In this document: piece after piece, positions 19,867 to 27,862 of the stretch
Position numbering within the stretch: position 1 is the first letter of the stretch
Layout of the letters: each line of letters starts with the position of its first letter
Source: Trichodesmium erythraeum IMS101
GTDB lineage: Bacteria; Cyanobacteriota; Cyanobacteriia; Cyanobacteriales; Microcoleaceae
NCBI RefSeq assembly: GCF_000014265.1
Contig: NC_008312.1
Location: 2,070,001-2,102,000 of the forward strand
Length of the DNA: 32,000 bases
Direction: 5' to 3'
Made by a program: the position numbers and the translations under genes
Notes under the pieces: generated by a model
What the model was told of the DNA's origin: nothing
Database searches by the model: none
Seen by the model: only the letters and a program-made list of their open reading frames with translations

Positions 19867-21285
19867 TTAAATAGATTCAATTTTGGCTTTATTGTTCAGA
19901 GTATTATGCTCAATGTTTAAGCTAGGTTCTATTAAAAAGTCAATGACACCTGTACCGCATGAATCACTATAATGTTGGACTTTAAACATTGCAATGTCAA
20001 TGCAACGGGATAAATAGGTTAGATGATCGTTTGCCATTCCAACAACTCCAGCATTTAAAAAATATACACCAGGATTTAGTAAACATTTGAACCTAAATTT
20101 AACTATAACTATTTGTTGTGCTGCAATATATTCTACTGATTTAGTATAACCATGTAAAGATGCTCCTCCTAACTCAAAACCACTGAGAGTTTTTATTAAC
20201 ATTCCAAACCTAATTTTGGATGTTGAATTAATAAATTTTACTCTATATGTATAGTAATATTCCCGGCGGTTAACTAAATGATTTACCCTTTTACCTTCCA
20301 AAGTAATAATATGGGGGTCAATAATTTTTGCTCCTTTATCAGGATAATGTATGGTATTTGAGGGTATCATATCTGGATCATAAATTTCTTCGTATTCTAT
20401 TGATTGTGCAATCTGATATTGATCTAGATTTTCACTATTTATTGCCGATTTAGATGGTGATTTATCTGTATTTTGATCATCAAATAAATCTTGAATGGTT
20501 AAATTAGGAATTTGGCGAATTTCTTCTCTTATTGATGGAATTTTATCTGGAAAAGCATAGATTAATTTCTGATATTTAGAAACTACATATTTAGGAGTAT
20601 GATAAAGCAACATTTCCCCATGATCCATCAAAATTGCTGAGTCACAAAGCTGAACCACTGTTGAAGCAGCATGAGACACAAATAAAATTGTACCTCCTCT
20701 TTCTTGAATGTCTTGAATACGTGCAAAACATTTTCTTTGAAATGCTTCATCTCCTACTGAAAGTGCTTCATCAACTACTAAAATATCTGGATCTACACTG
20801 GTAGCTACAGCAAATCCTAATCTAATAAACATTCCGCTAGAATAAGTTTTTACAGGTTGGTCAATAAAATCACCAATATCGGCAAAACTAGCGATTTGGT
20901 CAAATTTTGCTTCTATTTCTGATGTTTTTAATCCTAATAGTTGACCGTTAAAAAAAACGTTTTGTCTCCCTGTAAATTCTGGATTAAATCCACTACCAAG
21001 TTCTAGTAGTGCAGAAATTCTCCCTTGAATTTTTACTTTTCCTGTTGTTGGCGTTAGAGTTCCCACAATTATTTGTAAAAGAGTACTTTTTCCTGAACCA
21101 TTCCGTCCTACAATTCCTAAAGTATGCCCTTTTTCTATTTCTATATTTATATTTTGTACTGCCCAAAATTCATCAGCACAACTTTTTCCAGGGAGTAAAA
21201 TTTCTTTTAAACGGTCTACAGGATGTTGGTACCGTTTAAAACATTTAGAAACATTTTGTAGTGAAATTACAGTTTCAGGTATCAT
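19867..21285 (-). CDS. wzt: Polysaccharide-export ABC transporter ATP-binding protein, Wzt type, 472 aa, with a ~220-aa C-terminal glycan-binding-type extension
   Basis: Walker A GRNGSGKST, ABC signature YSSGMFIRLGFA, Walker B ILVVDEALSVGD and H-loop FVSHA all lie in the first ~240 aa. The remainder (nt ~20535-19870) has the beta-rich pattern of Wzt C-terminal domains (...YRVKFINSTSKIRFGMLIKTLSGFELGG...LNPGVYFLNAGV...). Confidence 0.9.
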   Translation of the reverse strand: MIPETVISLQNVSKCFKRYQHPVDRLKEILLPGKSCADEFWAVQNINIEIEKGHTLGIVGRNGSGKSTLLQIIVGTLTPTTGKVKIQGRISALLELGSGFNPEFTGRQNVFFNGQLLGLKTSEIEAKFDQIASFADIGDFIDQPVKTYSSGMFIRLGFAVATSVDPDILVVDEALSVGDEAFQRKCFARIQDIQERGGTILFVSHAASTVVQLCDSAILMDHGEMLLYHTPKYVVSKYQKLIYAFPDKIPSIREEIRQIPNLTIQDLFDDQNTDKSPSKSAINSENLDQYQIAQSIEYEEIYDPDMIPSNTIHYPDKGAKIIDPHIITLEGKRVNHLVNRREYYYTYRVKFINSTSKIRFGMLIKTLSGFELGGASLHGYTKSVEYIAAQQIVIVKFRFKCLLNPGVYFLNAGVVGMANDHLTYLSRCIDIAMFKVQHYSDSCGTGVIDFLIEPSLNIEHNTLNNKAKIESI

Positions 21286-21320
21286 GGATTTTATATGTAA
21301 GCGTTTCCTGGGGAATGCTG

Positions 21321-21345
21321 TACAAATAGCTGATGGCTATTTGTA
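21321..21345. repeat. Perfect 10-bp inverted repeat with a 5-nt loop (TACAAATAGC-TGATG-GCTATTTGTA), 36 nt upstream of the wzt start
   Basis: Read directly: 21321-21330 is the exact reverse complement of 21336-21345. It lies in the unusually long 379-bp wzm-wzt spacer. Confidence 0.6.
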
Positions 21346-21664
21346 ATAAGTTATTAACTTATTCTTATTATATCCAAGGAGGAATTAGTCTCCAAGGAGA
21401 ATTAAAACTTATCAATAAAAAGGTAATTGTTATGGTATACTATATACTGTATAAATTATCAAATTTTAATCCTTTTTTTTGTAAGTATTTGCTTATTAAC
21501 TATAAGCTCTTACATAATTTAGGAAGTAAAAGTAATTAAAAATTCAGTATAATTAAGGTTACTGTCAAAGTATTCTCTTTTAAGCATGAAAAATTATATT
21601 TTTCATTTAAACCTCGCTTTTAAAGGGGGTGAATATTAAGCTAATAGTTAGGGAATGAATACTT

Positions 21665-22519
21665 TCATAAAACATCGGCAAAAGCAGGACGTAATTTTTG
21701 ATAAACCCACAAGCCAAAATAAAATATTAGTGTAGACATTAAAGTAGCAATTCCTAATTCTCCCCAGTGTTGAATTTCTCCTACTAATATTAGGTCACGA
21801 TATACTTCGACTATCGCTGTTAAAGGATTACACCAAAATACCCAAACTCTCCAATTTTCTGGAATTACTGATGCAGGATATACTATTGGTGTAACATAAA
21901 ACCAAAGATTAATAATTACTCCTAAAGTCTGTGGAATATCCCGTAAAAATACTGTTAATCCGGCAGTAAAATATCCTAAACCTGCTGTTAATAAAAGTTG
22001 AGGTATAAATACTATAGGTAGTAGCCATAATGTTTGATTTATTACCCCAGATGATATATAAAGCATTCCTATTAAAGCTATTAACCCAAATGTACTTTCT
22101 AGAAATGTTGAAAGAATAGGAACTAAGGGTAATAAACTGAGTGGAAAGACTAATTTTTTAACTAAATTGGGCTGTCTAATTACACATCCAGAAGCTTGAG
22201 TTAATCCATTAGTGAAAGCTAGCCAAGCTATTAATCCTGCAAATAGCCATAGTCCAAAGGTTAGCTTACTATCTTCTGGTAATCCTCTGAGGCTCAGTTT
22301 AACTTTAAGAATAATTGAGAAGACGTAGGTATAAATTAAAAGTTGGGATAGCTGATTGAGTAGTGGCCATAAATTTCCAAGAATTGAGCCTTTATACCTG
22401 GCCTCTAAATCCCTTCGTACTAATGTGAATAATAAGTTTAAATTAACTAACCAATCAGTATTTACCACGGTTAGCCAATTACTAACTCTGCTGGTTTTGC
22501 GGATAATACTTTTCATCAT
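21665..22519 (-). CDS. wzm: Polysaccharide-export ABC-2 type permease, Wzm type, 284 aa
   Basis: The N-terminal RRDLEARYKGSILGNLWPLLNQL motif is characteristic of ABC-2 (Wzm/KpsM/TagG) permeases and is followed by about six hydrophobic segments. It sits upstream of wzt on the same strand. Confidence 0.9.
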   Translation of the reverse strand: MMKSIIRKTSRVSNWLTVVNTDWLVNLNLLFTLVRRDLEARYKGSILGNLWPLLNQLSQLLIYTYVFSIILKVKLSLRGLPEDSKLTFGLWLFAGLIAWLAFTNGLTQASGCVIRQPNLVKKLVFPLSLLPLVPILSTFLESTFGLIALIGMLYISSGVINQTLWLLPIVFIPQLLLTAGLGYFTAGLTVFLRDIPQTLGVIINLWFYVTPIVYPASVIPENWRVWVFWCNPLTAIVEVYRDLILVGEIQHWGELGIATLMSTLIFYFGLWVYQKLRPAFADVL

Positions 22520-22681
22520 AAATTTTTGGTAAGTGGAAAACCCACCTCATGTAAACCGGATTTAGTATAAACTACTTACGAATGAGAACAAGCCGGAAGC
22601 CGGAGAAAATTAATTACGCTCAAGAGCTTTCTCAGGCACAAACTACAGATTTCCGGTTTTATTTAATTTACGTTCCCTACT

Positions 22682-22709
22682 GGACTTAGTTGATAAAGTC
22701 CTTTTTTTT
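22682..22709 (+). terminator. Candidate intrinsic terminator oriented on the + strand: GGACTT-8 nt loop-AAGTCC followed by T8
   Basis: 6-bp stem 22682-22687 / 22696-22701, then T8 at 22702-22709. The U-tract exists only for a + strand transcript. On the - strand the hairpin is preceded by A8 and followed by non-U sequence. Confidence 0.35.
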
Positions 22710-23247
22710 AGCAAGCCCTAAGTAAGGGTTCTATCACTTCCTTAATTGCTTTTAATTGCTCAGTATCATAGCCCCAGCGTTTTAAAAAGCCTTTGTAGTT
22801 TCCCTCGCAAGTAGTTATACCTTGATATAATTCCTGAATATTACCTGATAAACTGGGTATTTTAATGCTTTTTATTAGTTTTGTGGTTCGCGATCGCACT
22901 TTTTTGGATTCATTGGCTGCCTTTTCATCTTGATTTCGCTGATGGTGGACTACCATTGCCGAACACATGGCCAAATTTTTAATCAACAGTTCTACTACTA
23001 TCTCTGGAGCTGATTCTAAAGCTTTGAATACTGAGGGTGATGGATTATCCGCTAAAGCTCGAGAATCTGTAAGATAACTGACGAAAAATCCTCTAGCACC
23101 ATTTTTGCTCTTGACTAAATCTCCAATTAATGATTCTATTTTAGTTTCTGATAGCTGACCTGTTTCTATCTCGGACATAATTTCTTGAGTTAGGGCGATC
23201 GCCTCTTCAAATGTTATATTTTCTGATACTGATAATAATGATTTCAT
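22708..23247 (-). CDS. Hypothetical protein, 179 aa
   Basis: ATG at 23247 ([15 protein letters not shown]...). The tracked 214-aa version starts at a TTG (23352) and would overlap ruvB. Composition looks like a helical globular protein, and I recognise no family. Confidence 0.6.
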
Positions 23248-23316
23248 AAATATGGGACAGTTATTAAATACACTACTTTGTATGATAATAAGGATGTTAG
23301 ATATAATTTTCCAGTT

Positions 23317-24477
23317 ATGGCCATAATTTCTTCTAAAAAACAATCTCCTCAACCAGAAAGGCCAGATGATGACATTTTCTTAGCCTCAGAAAATCAAGTT
23401 TCATATAAATATAAAACGAAAAAATCAAAGTCTCAAGCTCAAAGATCGGAAGTAGAAGCTTTATTAGAACCAGAGGCATCTGCTGCAGAAAAAAGTGATA
23501 ATCAAAATGAGGAAAAAATCCGACCTCAAAGGTTAGATGAATATATCGGACAGAAAGACCTAAAAGAGGTGTTGAATATTGCGATTTCGGCGGCTAAATC
23601 TAGAAAAGAATCTCTAGACCATTTACTATTGTATGGTCCTCCAGGATTGGGGAAGACTACTATGTCTCTAATATTGGCAGCAGAAATGGAGGTTAATTGT
23701 AAGATTACAACTGCACCTGCTATTGAAAAACCTAGAGATATAGTTGGTTTGTTAGTAGGTTTACAAAAAGGGGATATTTTGTTTATAGATGAAATTCATC
23801 GCCTTTCTAAAATGACCGAAGAAATACTTTATCCGGCGATGGAAGATTTTCGACTAGATATTACGGTTGGGCAAGGTAAGAGCTCTAAGACTAGGAGTAT
23901 TCCTCTCAAACCTTTTACTTTGGTAGGAGCAACTACTAAAGTGGGTTCTTTGACTTCTCCTCTACGCGATCGCTTCGGAATTATTCAGAGGTTACGGTTT
24001 TATGAGGTTGATGAACTGAGTTTAATTATTATCCGAGCAGCAAAAGTCTTAAATACGGATATTACAGAGGATGGTGCTGAGGAGGTTGCCCGTCGTTCCA
24101 GGGGTACGCCTCGAATTGCTAATCGTTTATTGAGAAGAGTGAGAGATTATTCGGAGGTGAAAAAGTTGACTCCGATAAATGCTGAGATTGCAGGTGAAGC
24201 TTTGGAGTTGTTTAATGTTGACCCTCTTGGTTTAGATTGGACTGACCGTAATTTATTGAGGACTATGATTGAGAATTATAATGGTGGTCCTGCTGGTTTG
24301 GAGACTATGGCTGCAGCAACTGGGGAGGATGCTCAAACTATTGAGGAGGTTTATGAGCCGTATTTGATGCAGATTGGATTTATGCAGCGTACTCCTCGTG
24401 GTCGAGTTGTGACTGCGGCTGGTTGGAGGCATTTGGGTTTTAGTCCGCCGGATGAGCAGTTGAGTTTGAAGTTGTAG
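23317..24477 (+). CDS. ruvB: Holliday junction branch-migration ATPase RuvB, 386 aa, with a ~50-aa N-terminal charged extension
   Basis: [12 protein letters not shown], Walker [13 protein letters not shown], Walker [11 protein letters not shown], sensor and arginine-finger region TLVGATT...PLRDRFG, and the C-terminal winged-helix region [17 protein letters not shown]. The tracked ORF starts at TTG 23278; ATG 23317 is preferred. Confidence 0.95.
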
Positions 24478-24681
24478 AGAAATAGATGATAGATGTATAG
24501 ATTATCTAAACTTACTTACTATCAACTTTTACAGGAAAAACTAGTGGAGGAAGTTGCTCATAACTTTTAAACCAGCTTTATAAAACTTACTCTTCTGAAG
24601 AAGCTGAACAAAAAGCAGCAAAGGAATTAGCAGATAGAGCAAAGCAATATCCTTTATTCAAAGAACATCTCAAAAATTGGA

Positions 24682-24748
24682 GGTTGGGGGGATTTGGATT
24701 TTAGTCCCCCAGATGAGCAGTTGAGTTGAAAGTTGTAGAGAAATAGAT
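24682..24748 (+). repeat. Degenerate second copy of the last ~67 nt of ruvB plus its stop-proximal flank
   Basis: 24421-24487 and 24682-24748 align without gaps with about 7 mismatches (offset 261 nt). Copy 2 would read [15 protein letters not shown] against authentic [18 protein letters not shown]. No start codon or upstream ORF is attached to copy 2. Confidence 0.8.
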
Positions 24749-25437
24749 AATGGGTATAAGGAGTGATAAACCGCCGTAAGATTCTTTTTATGAGATTTCT
24801 TCATAGATCTAGAAAGGTTTTAACTTTTAGTGAATCAGCGATCGCTTAATCTACCTAATATTTTCAATTATCTGCTCAAGATACTATCATCATTCCAAAA
24901 ACCCCTTCACTGTTTCAACGGGAATAGAAAAAGCAGGATGATTAAATATTGCTTTTAATGTTTCAAGACCCTCTGCTTTCTAAGCATTTATTAATCGCCG
25001 TTTGAAAGTTTGATGATTATTTATTTACTGTTGAATGGCTATTTCTGCCAAAGCTTCATTTGCAGTTATGGGATTTTGGGCAAGATGTTCTAATAGTGGT
25101 TGAATTTCCTTTCTAAGTTTCTCAATTTATGCCTCTAGTTGAGATTTTTCAAGTATTTTGTCAATATTTCCTGTTTCTAAATTACTATCATCTACATTTT
25201 CTGATATATTCATAGATGTATTACTTTCCTTAGAAAGTGAATCTTTAGAACTGCGAAGACTTCCAGTCTTCATAATAGTATCTATTACTTAACCAGTGAC
25301 TATAATAGATGTATTATTTTTTTTACTTATAGTTTTACCTCTTGTTTTTATATAAACTAAATGTAGCATTTTTGAAAGAGTTGTAGAAATTAGAATCTTA
25401 AAGCAGTATCCGCCACTCCCCAATTTTCTGGGGGGGA

Positions 25438-27009
25438 ATGTTTTTTTTAGCCATCACTTTGTACTCTCGATATATGTATAATCACATTTTAGAGTTAGAT
25501 AGTCCATTTTCTTTTGAACGCTTGTATAGTCATCCTGGTTCTCTTATTCCCTATGACCAGGGCGGTACTCGCAAACAAGTTGCAATTATTGGCGGAGGAA
25601 TTGCCGGACTTGTTAGTGCTTACGAACTAAGTCAACTAAACCATAAAGTTACTTTATTAGAGTCTGATTATCGCTTAGGAGGAAGGATTAAGACTCATTA
25701 TTTTAGTGATGGAACTTATGGAGAGTTAGGTGCAATGCGGATTCCTACAAGTCATGGTTGCACTTTACATTATATAGATAAGTTTAAGTTACCAAAAAGA
25801 CCTTTTATTAATTACAATCCTGCAACTTTTTATTACCTGAGGGGAAAGAAAACTCGTTTAGATAATTATCAAGAACTTTTTTCTGTTTATAATTTAACCT
25901 CTGATGAAAAAGAAGACCCTGGGGTAATTTACGACCAGTTATTGTCAGAGTTAATTAATTCTTTCTCTGAACAGGAGAAATGGGAGTTATTTGCGCCTAC
26001 TTTTACCAGCGATCGAGTTAGAAAATGGGATGATTTAACAGTTACTGACTATTTTTGTAGTCATCTTTCTCCCGATGCTTTTCAGTTGTTAGGTCATGCT
26101 ACTGGAGCAATTCATTATGAAAAAGTTTCTCTATTAAATGGTTTAATTGACTTCTTTGCTTGGCATCAAGTTGAACAATATGAATTAATTGGAGGAATGG
26201 AAACTTTAATTAAGGCTTTGGTTAAAAGAATATCAGGAAAAATTGAGACTGAAGCAAAAGTAACAAATATAGCGATGACAGATAAAGGGGTTCAAGTTGA
26301 CTGGAATAAGTTGGATAAGCAACAGACTGCAGAATTTGACTATATTATTTGTACTGTTCCAACTACTGCTTTAGCTCGGATTAATTTTGACCCTATTTTA
26401 CCTAGCAAACAACAGGAAGCTATTAACAATTTAGGTTATTGTAGTTCTAGTAAAAGTCTATTACACTGCACTGCTCGTCCTTGGGAATTTACAGAAAATA
26501 TTTATGGTGGGGGCAGTTTTACAGACTTAAATATTGAAAAGTGTCGGTATCCTTGCGATAATGCTAAATTAGATGGAAACAATTTTTCTCAACCTCATTT
26601 TGTGGTTAAGAATAAAGATATTTCTTATCAGGCATCTGTATTAACTGCTGCTTATCGTTGGGAAGATAATTCTAGAAAGTTTGTTACTTTAGATGAGTCA
26701 AATAAAACAGATTTAACCTTAGAAGAAATTTCACAACTACATCCTAATATTAAACAATATACTGATGATGTTGTTCATAGTATTTGGGATGAAGATAATA
26801 ATCCGGGTTCTGGTTCTTATGCTTATTTTGCCCCTGGCGATCGCGAGAAATATCAACCTTTTCTTGGTCAACCTTATCCTATAAATAATCCCCGTGTATT
26901 CTTTGCGGGGGAACATTTAGCTATTAATCATGCTTCGGTTCAGGGATCGATTCAGACAGCGGTTTCAGCAGTTATTGAGCTTTTGGAAACTGCTAATCTA
27001 AACTTGTAA
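25438..27009 (+). CDS. FAD-dependent amine oxidase / L-amino-acid oxidase family flavoprotein, 523 aa
   Basis: N-terminal dinucleotide-binding fold VAIIGGGIAGLVSAYEL...VTLLESDYRLGGRI. The GELGAMRIP motif is typical of the LAAO / tryptophan 2-monooxygenase / amine oxidase family. C-terminal FAD contact FFAGEH. An alternative start is ATG 25474. Confidence 0.85.
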   Translation: MFFLAITLYSRYMYNHILELDSPFSFERLYSHPGSLIPYDQGGTRKQVAIIGGGIAGLVSAYELSQLNHKVTLLESDYRLGGRIKTHYFSDGTYGELGAMRIPTSHGCTLHYIDKFKLPKRPFINYNPATFYYLRGKKTRLDNYQELFSVYNLTSDEKEDPGVIYDQLLSELINSFSEQEKWELFAPTFTSDRVRKWDDLTVTDYFCSHLSPDAFQLLGHATGAIHYEKVSLLNGLIDFFAWHQVEQYELIGGMETLIKALVKRISGKIETEAKVTNIAMTDKGVQVDWNKLDKQQTAEFDYIICTVPTTALARINFDPILPSKQQEAINNLGYCSSSKSLLHCTARPWEFTENIYGGGSFTDLNIEKCRYPCDNAKLDGNNFSQPHFVVKNKDISYQASVLTAAYRWEDNSRKFVTLDESNKTDLTLEEISQLHPNIKQYTDDVVHSIWDEDNNPGSGSYAYFAPGDREKYQPFLGQPYPINNPRVFFAGEHLAINHASVQGSIQTAVSAVIELLETANLNL

Positions 27010-27157
27010 AATAATTATTATAGCTATTACTTATACCAATTCCCAAAAATATTGCTATACTTAGGCTATACTTCAGTTATTAAGTAATTAATACAGGATA
27101 AATCATTTTTTACTAATAATAGCTTAGTTAATGTTTATTATTCTTATGTTTACTCCT

Positions 27158-27183
27158 CCCCACACTCCCCACACTCCCACACT
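27158..27183. repeat. Short tandem repeat CCCCACACT x2 plus CCCACACT
   Basis: Read directly in the convergent intergenic region between the amine oxidase and cupin genes. It resembles the short tandem repeats seen in cyanobacterial intergenic DNA. Confidence 0.7.
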
Positions 27184-27523
27184 TTCCCAGCAGATCGGTA
27201 TAGCATTATTTTTGAAAATGGTATTACCTATGGATAAACCACATCGCCATCACCAAAATTTTGTAGGGACGTTTTGCTGACGCAAAGCTCCACTTTATAT
27301 GTCGCGTAGCATTCCCTATAGGAAATTTTTGTCTGTCTAACCTCCCTACTCTGGTTTACCGTGCAGGAAAACCGCTGTAATGCCTAATTTAATCTTAAGT
27401 GCCTATAAATAAGTAACATGAAACATTACTTGCTAAAATTTGCCAAAAGTATTTCATCTGTCTGCCTTTTGACTACAACAAAATTAGCAAACTCCACAAG
27501 TAATCCCTAAATCCTTGAGCCAT

Positions 27524-27857
27524 TTACGATACACGAGTTCCAGTCACACCTTTTTCATGTTCGTAGCCATAGAGCCAATACACACGACTAGCTACTTTGC
27601 CAACACTCTTAAATGTATGAGGTTCACCAGCAGGAATAATTATTTCTTCCCCAATGGTGGAGCGAAAAGTTTTACCTTGTAAAGACTTTACCTTGTAAAG
27701 ACAATTCTAATTCCCCTTCCAAGGGTATAATTATCTCGTCTGTTTCATGACCATCACTTGACCAAAACTCTCCAGGCGGAGTAATTGAAATTTCGCACTT
27801 GAACCCCTTTTTTTGCCAAGTGTTCTTGATCTCTTTGATTCTAGATTCATTCATCAT
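27524..27857 (-). pseudogene. Small cupin-fold protein gene disrupted by a 16-bp tandem duplication (frameshift)
   Basis: The 5-prime part reads MMNESRIKEIKNTWQKKGFKCEISITPPGEFWSSDGHETDEIIIPLEGELELSLQGK and then hits a stop. The exact duplication tttaccttgtaaagac lies at 27671-27686 and 27687-27702. Removing one copy restores a 105-aa ORF continuing TFRSTIGEEIIIPAGEPHTFKSVGKVASRVYWLYGYEHEKGVTGTRVS*, stop at 27524-27526. That sequence carries cupin motifs 1 and 2. Confidence 0.65.
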
Positions 27858-27862
27858 TTTAT

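Noticed and set aside
21009-21539. + strand ORFs 21009..21239 (antisense to wzt) and 21333..21539 (in the wzm-wzt spacer)
   Set aside because: The first is embedded antisense in wzt. The second has Tyr/Leu/Asn/Lys-rich AT-driven composition, no recognisable domain and no convincing ribosome-binding context for its start.
23248-23352. N-terminal extensions that make the 214-aa - strand ORF and the 399-aa ruvB ORF overlap head-to-head by 75 nt
   Set aside because: Both extensions begin at TTG codons. Internal ATGs at 23247 and 23317 remove the overlap, and the extension peptides ([17 protein letters not shown]..., [13 protein letters not shown]) are not protein-family-like.
24488-24681. Insert between the duplicated ruvB ends considered as an IS element or MITE
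   Set aside because: It has no terminal inverted repeats and no transposase fragment. The flanking direct repeat of 67 nt is far longer than a transposition target-site duplication.
27131-27280. 49-aa + strand ORF spanning the CCCCACACT short tandem repeat (MFIILMFTPPHTPHTPTLSQQ...)
   Set aside because: It is open mainly because of the C-rich repeat. It has no ribosome-binding site and no homology I can recognise, and it lies in a convergent terminator zone.
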